Shown: one piece after another, positions 1 through 7,098 of the stretch
Position numbering within the stretch: the stretch's first letter is position 1
How the letters are laid out: every line of letters begins with the position of its first letter
Assembly (NCBI GenBank): GCA_964546195.1
Contig: CAZJJC010000233.1
Coordinates: forward strand, 1-47,189
Length of the DNA: 47,189 nt
Source of the DNA: an uncultured Enterobacteriaceae bacterium
Lineage (GTDB): Bacteria > Pseudomonadota > Gammaproteobacteria > Burkholderiales > SG8-39
Direction: 5' to 3'
Translations under genes and position numbers: made by a program
Notes under the pieces: model-generated
The model's database searches: none
Seen by the model: only the letters and a program-made list of their open reading frames with translations
What the model was told of the DNA's origin: nothing

Positions 1-657
1 AGCATCCCCGAGGGATTCGAGTTCCGCGTCGTCCACGGCCCCACGGGCAGCGGCAAGAGCCGCCTGCTCGGCGCGCTGCGCAGGGCCGGCGCGCAGGTGC
101 TCGACCTGGAGGAGCTCGCCGCGCACCGCGGCTCGGTGCTCGGCAACCTGCCGGGCCGCCCGCAGCCTTCGCAGAAGTGGTTCGAAAGTCAGCTGCTCGC
201 TGCGCTGAGCGCTCTGGACGCCGCAAGGCCGGTGTTCGTGGAGGGCGAATCGAAGAAGATCGGGCAGCTGCAGGTGCCCGAGGCGCTGATCGCGCGCATG
301 CGGGCCTCGCGCTGCCTGCGCATAGAAGCCGCGCTGGAAGCGCGCGTGACGCTGCTGCTGGAGGAGTACCGGCATTTCCTCGCCGACCGCGGCTTGCTCG
401 AGGCGCAGCTCGACTGCCTGGCCGGCCTGCACGGCCGCGAGAAGATCGGCGCGTGGAAGGCGCTTGCCGCGCGGGGCGCCTGGCGCGAGCTCGTCGCCCG
501 GCTGCTCGGCGAGCATTACGACCCGGCCTACCGGCGCTCCTCGCTGAAGAACTTCACCCGCATGCCCGAAGCGCAAAGCGTGCGGCTGGACTCGGCTGAC
601 GAGAAGGCGTTCGCAGGCGCCGCCGACCGCATACTGGACGAGAGGGTTTCGGCGTGA
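1..657 (+). CDS. selU: tRNA 2-selenouridine synthase, C-terminal part (5' end lies outside the window)
   Basis: Frame 1 is open from base 1. The translation SIPEGFEFRVVHGPTGSGKSRLLG... has a Walker A P-loop followed by a SelU/MnmH(YbbB)-like C-terminal region. Stop TGA at 655-657. Confidence 0.8.
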   Translation, partial: SIPEGFEFRVVHGPTGSGKSRLLGALRRAGAQVLDLEELAAHRGSVLGNLPGRPQPSQKWFESQLLAALSALDAARPVFVEGESKKIGQLQVPEALIARMRASRCLRIEAALEARVTLLLEEYRHFLADRGLLEAQLDCLAGLHGREKIGAWKALAARGAWRELVARLLGEHYDPAYRRSSLKNFTRMPEAQSVRLDSADEKAFAGAADRILDERVSA

Positions 658-1304
658 ACCGCGCGGTGATTCTGGCGGCGCTGGCGGCCGCGATGCCGGC
701 GATTGCACAAATTCCGCCGAGTCCCGCGGAAATTCAGCGCTACACCGGATTGCATCGCGCCGCGGCGAGCGGCGATGTCGCGCACATCAAGGCATCTCCA
801 ACCGTGGAATCCCGTGACGCGCACGGCCGCACGCCTTTGCACGTCGCCGCGTACCGCGGCAAGCACGCGGCGATGCGCGCCCTGGTCAACGCGGGCGCCG
901 ACCCGAACGCGCTCGAGAATGACCGCTACGACATCGTGACGATCGCCGCGGTGGCAAACGACCTGCCCACGCTTAGGCTCGCGCTGGAGCTGGGGGCGAG
1001 CGCGGAGAACATCACCAGCCGCTATGACGGCACGGCGCTCATCGCCGCAGCGCACCTGGGCCATGCCGATGTGGTGCGCGCGCTGATCCACGCCGGCGCG
1101 CCGCTCGACCGCGTCAACAATCTCGGATGGACTGCGCTGATGGAATCGATCGTGCTAGGCGACGGCGGCCCGCGCCATGTGGACACGCTCAGGGTGCTGC
1201 TAGAGGCGGGCGCCGATGCAAGCCTGCCGGACCGTAATGGCGTGACGCCGCTGCAGCACGCCCAGCGGCGCGGTTATGTGCAGATGGTGAAACTTCTCAA
1301 ATGA
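654..1304 (+). CDS. secreted ankyrin-repeat protein
   Basis: GTG start overlaps the selU stop (GTGA). N-terminal signal-like segment MNRAVILAALAAAMPAIAQ. Repeated ankyrin motifs (GRTPLHVAAYRGKHAAMRALVNAGADPN, GTALIAAAHLGHADVVRALIHAGAPLD, GVTPLQHAQRRGY). Confidence 0.85.
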   Translation: MNRAVILAALAAAMPAIAQIPPSPAEIQRYTGLHRAAASGDVAHIKASPTVESRDAHGRTPLHVAAYRGKHAAMRALVNAGADPNALENDRYDIVTIAAVANDLPTLRLALELGASAENITSRYDGTALIAAAHLGHADVVRALIHAGAPLDRVNNLGWTALMESIVLGDGGPRHVDTLRVLLEAGADASLPDRNGVTPLQHAQRRGYVQMVKLLK

Positions 1305-1326
1305 GAAAAATGCGGTACGTCCCCAT

Positions 1327-2253
1327 TTAATTCAGGTCCGCCAGCACGCGCAGGTGCTGGACCACGCTGCGGCCGAGCGCGGATAGCGAATAGCCGCCCT
1401 CGAGCATCGAGACGATGCGGCCTTGCGCGTGCCGCTCGGCCACTTGCTTCACCTGCGCGGTGACCCAGGCGTAGTCGGCATCGGAGAAGCGCAGCATCGC
1501 CATGTCGTCCTCGGCGTGCGCGTCGAAGCCGGCGGAGAAGACGATCAATTCAGGTCTGTAGTCCTCGAGCGCGGGGATCCAGGCCTTGCTGACGGCTTCG
1601 CGCAAGCCCTCCGACCCGGTGCCCGCGGCGAGCGGGATGTTCACCATGTTGGCCGCGGGATCCTCGGTGCCGCTGTAGGGGTAGAACGGGTGCTGGAAGG
1701 TCGAGACCATGAGCACGTGCGGATCGCCCTCGAAGACCTCCTCGGTGCCGTTGCCGTGGTGCACGTCGAAGTCGACGATCGCCACGCGCTGCACGCCGTG
1801 CGCCTGCACCGCGTGCCGGGCCGCCACGGCGACGTTGTTGAAGATGCAAAAGCCCATCGGCCGCGCGCGGCAGGCATGGTGGCCGGGCGGGCGCACGCTG
1901 CAGAACGCGGCATTGTGTTTTTTTGTCAGGACCAGATCGGTCGCCATCACCGCCGCGCCCGCGGCCCGCAGCGCCGCCCGCAGGCTCCAGGCGTTCATCG
2001 CCGTGTCGGGATCCAGATGGACCGTGCCCGACTCGGGCGCCGCGTCGCGGATGGCGCGCACGTAGTCCGCTGGATGCACGCGGGCGAGCTGCCCGTCGGT
2101 GGCAAGCGGCGCTTCGTATCGCGTAAGGTGTTGTCCGATCCCCGAGGCGATGAGCTGGTCCTCGATCGCGGCGAGGCGCGCCGGGCGCTCGGGGTGATAC
2201 GCCCCCATGTCGTGCCTGAGGCAGTCCGGATGTGTGATAAATGCCGCAGCCAT
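1327..2253 (-). CDS. histone deacetylase-family amidohydrolase (HDAC/acetoin utilisation/acetylpolyamine amidohydrolase-like)
   Basis: 308-aa ORF with HDAC signatures [18 protein letters not shown] and SAGFDAH. Confidence 0.9.
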   Translation of the reverse strand: MAAAFITHPDCLRHDMGAYHPERPARLAAIEDQLIASGIGQHLTRYEAPLATDGQLARVHPADYVRAIRDAAPESGTVHLDPDTAMNAWSLRAALRAAGAAVMATDLVLTKKHNAAFCSVRPPGHHACRARPMGFCIFNNVAVAARHAVQAHGVQRVAIVDFDVHHGNGTEEVFEGDPHVLMVSTFQHPFYPYSGTEDPAANMVNIPLAAGTGSEGLREAVSKAWIPALEDYRPELIVFSAGFDAHAEDDMAMLRFSDADYAWVTAQVKQVAERHAQGRIVSMLEGGYSLSALGRSVVQHLRVLADLN

Positions 2254-2261
2254 GCAGGCCC

Positions 2262-2302
2262 TGATGTTAGCGCATCAAGTCCCTGAGGTTAGCGCATCAA
2301 GT
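2262..2302. repeat. tandem direct repeat TGAnGTTAGCGCATCAAGT, two copies with 22-bp period
   Basis: Copies at 2262-2280 and 2284-2302 match at 18 of 19 positions, and GTTAGCGCATCAAGT is identical in both. Located in the 60-bp divergent HDAC/moxR intergenic region. Confidence 0.9.
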
Positions 2303-2313
2303 ACAATCGCTGC

Positions 2314-3261
2314 ATGCTGCTAAAGGCCGAATTCCATTCACAAAACCTCGCGCGCGGGCCGATCCAGCGCGTGATCGAGGCGGCCGGCAGCATCATCCTG
2401 GGCAAGGAAACCCAGGTGCGCCTCGCGCTCGCCTGCATGCTGGCGCGCGGCCACCTGCTGATCGAGGACCTGCCCGGCGTGGGCAAGACCACGCTCGCGC
2501 ATGTCCTCGCCCGCTCGCTCGGCCTGCAGTTCCAGCGCATCCAGTTCACGAGCGACATGCTGCCCGCGGACATCATCGGCGTCTCGGTCTACGAGCGCGA
2601 GACGGGCGCCTTCAAGTTCCACCCGGGCCCGATCTTTGCCCAGGTCATCCTCGCCGACGAGGTGAACCGCGCCACGCCCAAGACGCAATCGGCGCTGCTC
2701 GAGGCGATGGAGGAGCACCAGGTCACGGCCGAGGGCGAGACGCGCAAGCTGCCCTCGCCCTTTTTCGTCATCGCCACGCAGAATCCTTCCGAGCAGGTCG
2801 GCACCTTCCCTCTGCCCGAGTCGCAGCTCGACCGCTTCACCATGCGCATCGAGCTCGGCTACCCGGACCGCGCCGCCGAGCGCGCGCTCCTGCTGGGGAC
2901 CGACCGGCGCGACCTGCTCGCGACGCTCGAGCCGTCGATGACACCGGCCGAGCTGATGGAGCTGCAGGCGGGCGTGCAGCGCATCTACGTCGCGCCCGCG
3001 CTGCTCGACTACGTGCAGGCGATCGTCGAGCATACCCGCCGCTCGCCGAACTACGTCGCCGGGCTCTCGCCGCGCGCGGCGCTCGCGCTGGTGCACTGCG
3101 CGCGCGCCTGGGCGCTGCTCGAGGGGCGCGACAAGGTGCTGCCGGAAGACGTGCAGGCCATCGTCCCGGGCGCGGCCGCGCACCGCCTGCGCCCGGCGCA
3201 CGACTCCTCGCGCCGCGTCGACGTCGGCGCGCAATTGCTCGCCGCCGTACCGATCCCTTAG
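2314..3261 (+). CDS. MoxR-like AAA+ ATPase
   Basis: Walker A LPGVGKTTLA, Walker B ILADEVNRATPKTQSALLEAMEE, and FFVIATQNP...LPESQLDRF, typical of the MoxR/AAA_3 family. Confidence 0.9.
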   Translation: MLLKAEFHSQNLARGPIQRVIEAAGSIILGKETQVRLALACMLARGHLLIEDLPGVGKTTLAHVLARSLGLQFQRIQFTSDMLPADIIGVSVYERETGAFKFHPGPIFAQVILADEVNRATPKTQSALLEAMEEHQVTAEGETRKLPSPFFVIATQNPSEQVGTFPLPESQLDRFTMRIELGYPDRAAERALLLGTDRRDLLATLEPSMTPAELMELQAGVQRIYVAPALLDYVQAIVEHTRRSPNYVAGLSPRAALALVHCARAWALLEGRDKVLPEDVQAIVPGAAAHRLRPAHDSSRRVDVGAQLLAAVPIP

Positions 3262-3262
3262 C

Positions 3263-3279
3263 AGACCCCGGCGGGGTCT
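3263..3279 (+). terminator. hairpin immediately after the moxR stop (weak terminator candidate)
   Basis: AGACCCC-GGC-GGGGTCT gives a 7-bp stem with a 3-nt loop, starting 2 nt after the TAG. It is followed only by a short TT, so this is not a strong intrinsic terminator. Confidence 0.35.
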
Positions 3280-3332
3280 TCACGAGCACCCCGCTGCGAT
3301 CAAATGAAATCGCGCGGCGCGGCGGCCGAGTT

Positions 3333-3364
3333 TGTTGACATGTCAACATTTTTCCACTTATATT
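3333..3364 (+). promoter_or_regulatory. sigma70-like promoter with overlapping 16-bp palindromic operator
   Basis: Perfect palindrome TGTTGACATGTCAACA (3333-3348) contains TTGACA (3335-3340). An 18-nt spacer leads to TATATT (3359-3364), which ends 7 nt before the ATG at 3372. No Shine-Dalgarno sequence is visible. Confidence 0.5.
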
Positions 3365-3371
3365 CGACAGC

Positions 3372-3752
3372 ATGAAACGCCCCGACCGGCGCGCCCAGCT
3401 GCGCGAAGCGAAGCGCGCCCAGCGCCGTCGCGAGCGCCGCGCGGGACTCGCGCCCGTGCAGCTGCGCCTGCCGCGCGCCCTGGGCGCAAAGCTGCTGCAC
3501 GCCAGCCACGACGCGGGCTTTGCCGGGGAGCTGGACCGGTTCCTCGACGGGCTGCTCGTCCGCGTTGCGGACTACCCCGCGCTTGCTGAGCTCGCCTGGA
3601 ACCGGGCGGAAGATCTGATGCCCGCGCGCGACGCCTTCGGCCTGTACGAGCGCAACTGGCGTTTCGTCGACGCTGCGCGTCTTACGTCCGGGGAGCGCGC
3701 GCTGATCGGGCGGCTCGCCGAGCGCTACGGCGGAGGCTTGCTCAATGCCTGA
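3372..3752 (+). CDS. small basic protein with a ribbon-helix-helix-like N-terminus (putative antitoxin/regulator)
   Basis: 126-aa ORF with an Arg/Lys-rich N-terminus, then VQLRLPRALGAKLL (a strand-helix pattern typical of RHH) and an unassigned C-terminal domain. It overlaps the downstream ORF by 8 nt. Confidence 0.6.
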   Translation: MKRPDRRAQLREAKRAQRRRERRAGLAPVQLRLPRALGAKLLHASHDAGFAGELDRFLDGLLVRVADYPALAELAWNRAEDLMPARDAFGLYERNWRFVDAARLTSGERALIGRLAERYGGGLLNA

Positions 3753-4467
3753 GTTCCGCAAGCCGCATCACCGCGCGGTGGCGCGCATGCTCGCGGCCTT
3801 CGACGCCGGCTTCCTCGGGCGCGCCGCTTGCTATTTCGGCGGCGGCACGCAGATCGCGCTGTCGCTCGGCGAGTTCCGCGAGTCGCGCGACATCGATTTC
3901 CTGTGCTCGAGCCGCACCGGCTTCCGGCTGCTGCGCGAAACGGTAGCCTCGGACTCGCTCGGCGCGCTCCTCAGCAGGCCGCTCGAGCTGGCGCGCGAGG
4001 TGCGTGCCGACCGCGACGGCGTGCGCACGTTCCTCGGCGCCGGCGAGGTGCGCATCAAGCTCGAGGTCGTGTTCGAGGCGCGCATCGAGCTAAGCGGGCA
4101 GCTCGATCGCAAGCTCGGCGTTCCGACGCTCGACCTGGCGAGCGCGGTGGCGGAGAAGTTTCTGGCCAACGCCGACCGCGGGCTCGACGAGTCTACCGGG
4201 TCGAGGGACATCGTCGACCTGGCCTTCCTCGCCGCCGCCCACGGCCCGAAGGCGCTCGAGCCGGGCTACCGCCTGGCCGAGGCGGCGTACGGCAAAGCGG
4301 TTCCCAGGTACGCCCGCCTGGTGCTGGACAAGTTCGCCGCCGAGCGGCGCTATGCCGCGCGTTGCGCGCGCGCGCTCGGAGTCGCCGACATCGCCACCCT
4401 GAGGAAAGGGCTCGTCCTGCTGCGCGGTTTCGCGCCCCCGGCGAAACGCGCCGGAAGAAGCGGGTGA
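3745..4467 (+). CDS. AbiEii/DUF1814-family nucleotidyltransferase (putative type IV TA toxin)
   Basis: 240-aa ORF with a pol-beta NTase-type motif (YFGGGTQIALSLGEFRESRDIDF), then IKLEVV, then AEKFLANADRG...SRDIVDLAFL. This order matches the AbiEii family motifs as I recall them. Confidence 0.7.
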   Translation: MPEFRKPHHRAVARMLAAFDAGFLGRAACYFGGGTQIALSLGEFRESRDIDFLCSSRTGFRLLRETVASDSLGALLSRPLELAREVRADRDGVRTFLGAGEVRIKLEVVFEARIELSGQLDRKLGVPTLDLASAVAEKFLANADRGLDESTGSRDIVDLAFLAAAHGPKALEPGYRLAEAAYGKAVPRYARLVLDKFAAERRYAARCARALGVADIATLRKGLVLLRGFAPPAKRAGRSG

Positions 4468-4548
4468 ACGACACATTCCTTGGGTAGAATCCGCTGTTCC
4501 GCGCGCCGACCGTACTGAAGCCGGAACAGCGCCGCGCGGAAAAATTCC

Positions 4549-7098
4549 ATGCCCTCAGGTACCCGCTACTTCCTGGAAGTCAATCCCCGCGTTCCCAAGC
4601 GCCTCGCGCGCATGGGCGAGCTCGCCAACAACCTCTGGTACAGCTGGGACCGCCCGACGCGGGCGCTGTTCGCCAAGCTGAATCCCGCTTTGTGGGAGGC
4701 GGTGGGCCACAGCCCCAAGGCGATGCTCAAGCGCATCGACGAGCAGCGCCTCATCGACGCGGCCACCGACCCGGCCTTCCTCGACAGCCTGACCCGCGTG
4801 CTGGCGGCCTTCGACGCCTATCACGCCGAGCCGCCCTTCAAGCAGAACGCCGACCGCGTGGCGCGCGAGGACGTGGTGGCCTACTTCTGCGCCGAGTTCG
4901 GCGTGCACGAGAGCCTGCCCATCTACTCGGGCGGCCTGGGCATCCTCGCCGGCGACCACTGCAAGGCGGCGAGCGACTTCCAGCTGCCTTTCGTGGCCGT
5001 CGGCCTGCTCTACCGCCAGGGCTATTTCACGCAGACCATCGACGGCGAGGGCCGGCAGCGCGCCGAGTACTCCGACTCGGACTTCGACGACCTGCCGATC
5101 GAGCCGGTGAAGCGCAGGGACGGCGGCGAGCTCAGCGTCGAGCTGGTGCTTCCCGGGCGCAGGCTCCTGGTGAAGGTGTGGCAGGCGCGCGTCGGCCACG
5201 TCACGCTGTACCTGCTCGACACCGATCTGCCGGAGAACAGCGAGCGCGACCGCGACATCGCGCATCGCCTGTACGGCGGCGACCGCACCACGCGCCTCGA
5301 GCAGGAGATGGTGCTCGGCGTGGGCGGCATGCGCGCGCTCGCCGCCATGGAGCTCAAGCCCTCGGTGTGGCACATCAATGAAGGCCATGCGGCCTTCCTG
5401 GTGCTGGAGCGCGCGCGCGCGCTGGTGCTGGAAGGGCTGTCGCTCGAGGCCGCCATCGAGGTGGTGGCGTCGAACACGGTTTTCACCACGCACACGCCGG
5501 TGCCGGCGGGGCACGACCAGTTCAACGACGCCACCGTCGTGCCCTACCTGCGCAGCTGCTTTGCCGAGCTCGGCCCGCCCGAGAAAGTGGCGGCGCTGGC
5601 GCGCCCGCCTGCGGGCGGCGACTTCAACATGACCGCGCTGGCGATCCGCGGCTCGCGCCACAACAACGGCGTGTCGCGCATCCACGGCGGGGTCTCGCAG
5701 CGCCTGCTGCACGACTTCTGGCCGCAGGTGCCGCCCGAGGAGAACCCGGTGGGCTACATCACCAACGGGGTGCACGTCGCCACCTTCCTCGCGCCCGAAT
5801 GGAGCGAAGTACTCGACCGTTTCCTCGGCGTGGGCTGGATGCACCGCCTGGGCTACCCCGGCATCTGGGAAAAGATCCGCGGCATCCCCGACCACATCTT
5901 CTGGAGCGTGCGCCAGGACATCAAGGCGCGCATGCTGTACATGGTGCGCCATCGCTTTGCGGGGCAGCACACGCGCAACCACGGCAGCGAGTCGCACCTC
6001 GAGCGCCTGCTGCGCTACGCCGATCCCGCGAAACCGAACGTGCTGACGATCGGCTTCGGCCGGCGCTTCGCCACCTACAAGCGCGCCACGCTGCTGTTCA
6101 ACGACATGGAGCGCCTGGCGCGCATCGTCGGGGACCGCGAGCGTCCGGTGCTGTTCCTGTTCGCCGGCAAGGCCCACCCTGCCGACGAGCCGGGCCAGGA
6201 GCTGATTCGCGCCATCGCGCAGATGTCGCAGGCGCCGGAGTTCGAGGGCCGCATCCTGTTCCTCGAGGGCTACGACCTGCACCTCGCACGCCGCCTGGTA
6301 TCGGGCGTCGACGTCTGGCTCAACAACCCGGTCTATCCGCTGGAAGCCTCCGGCACCTCGGGGATGAAAGCCGGCATGAACGGCGTGCTGAACCTCTCGA
6401 TCCGCGACGGCTGGTGGGACGAGGGCTACGACGGCGACAACGGCTTCGCGATCAAGCCGGGCTCGCCCGAGCTCGAGCCGCAGCGCCGCGACCGCGAAGA
6501 AGCGCGCACCCTCTACGAGATCCTGCAGGACCGCGTCGTGCCGCTGTACTACAACCGCTCGAACGGCGGCTACTCGCCCGAGTGGATCCGCCTCGCGAAA
6601 CGCTCCATGGCCTCGCTGCTGCCGCGCTACGACGCCTCCCGCATGCTCGGGGAATACGTTTCCAAATACTACCTCCCGGCGGCGCGCCAGGGGCGCAGGT
6701 ATGCCGACCAGGCCTACCAGGGCGCAAAGGCGGTGGCGGCGTGGAAAGCCAAGGTGCGCGCCGCCTGGTCCGGAGTCGCCGCGCGCCGCCTCGATACGCC
6801 GAGGAGCCGCATCCAGTTCGGCGAGAGCATCCCGGTGGAAATCGCCGTGAAGCTGAACGGGCTGTCACCCGCCGACGTGTGCGTGGAGCTGCTGCTGACG
6901 CGCGGGCTGCGCGAGACGCCGGTGGTGCAGCACAGCCACGAGCTTGCCGCCGACGGCACGCTCGACGGCGGCGAGCAGCGCTTCCGGCTCGACCTCAAGC
7001 CGGGTCTCGCCGGCCGGCTGGACTACCGCATCCGCATCTTTCCGCACCACGAGCTGCTCACCCACCCGTTCGAGCTGGGCCTGACCTGTTGGGTTTGA
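4549..7098 (+). CDS. glgP: alpha-glucan (glycogen/maltodextrin) phosphorylase, GT35, DUF3417-type N-terminus
   Basis: 849-aa ORF with N-terminal NLWYSWD and the PLP-lysine region LEASGTSGMKAGMNGVLNLSIRDGWW. Confidence 0.9.
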   Translation: MPSGTRYFLEVNPRVPKRLARMGELANNLWYSWDRPTRALFAKLNPALWEAVGHSPKAMLKRIDEQRLIDAATDPAFLDSLTRVLAAFDAYHAEPPFKQNADRVAREDVVAYFCAEFGVHESLPIYSGGLGILAGDHCKAASDFQLPFVAVGLLYRQGYFTQTIDGEGRQRAEYSDSDFDDLPIEPVKRRDGGELSVELVLPGRRLLVKVWQARVGHVTLYLLDTDLPENSERDRDIAHRLYGGDRTTRLEQEMVLGVGGMRALAAMELKPSVWHINEGHAAFLVLERARALVLEGLSLEAAIEVVASNTVFTTHTPVPAGHDQFNDATVVPYLRSCFAELGPPEKVAALARPPAGGDFNMTALAIRGSRHNNGVSRIHGGVSQRLLHDFWPQVPPEENPVGYITNGVHVATFLAPEWSEVLDRFLGVGWMHRLGYPGIWEKIRGIPDHIFWSVRQDIKARMLYMVRHRFAGQHTRNHGSESHLERLLRYADPAKPNVLTIGFGRRFATYKRATLLFNDMERLARIVGDRERPVLFLFAGKAHPADEPGQELIRAIAQMSQAPEFEGRILFLEGYDLHLARRLVSGVDVWLNNPVYPLEASGTSGMKAGMNGVLNLSIRDGWWDEGYDGDNGFAIKPGSPELEPQRRDREEARTLYEILQDRVVPLYYNRSNGGYSPEWIRLAKRSMASLLPRYDASRMLGEYVSKYYLPAARQGRRYADQAYQGAKAVAAWKAKVRAAWSGVAARRLDTPRSRIQFGESIPVEIAVKLNGLSPADVCVELLLTRGLRETPVVQHSHELAADGTLDGGEQRFRLDLKPGLAGRLDYRIRIFPHHELLTHPFELGLTCWV

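Noticed and set aside
4492-4531. 10-bp inverted repeat CGCTGTTCCG ... CGGAACAGCG with a 20-nt spacer between the TA-like pair and glgP
   Set aside because: It could be a terminator or a regulatory stem. However, the loop is large and no U-tract follows (CCGCGCGGAAAAATTCC), so I cannot assign a function. It is mentioned only as a boundary marker of the TA-like module.
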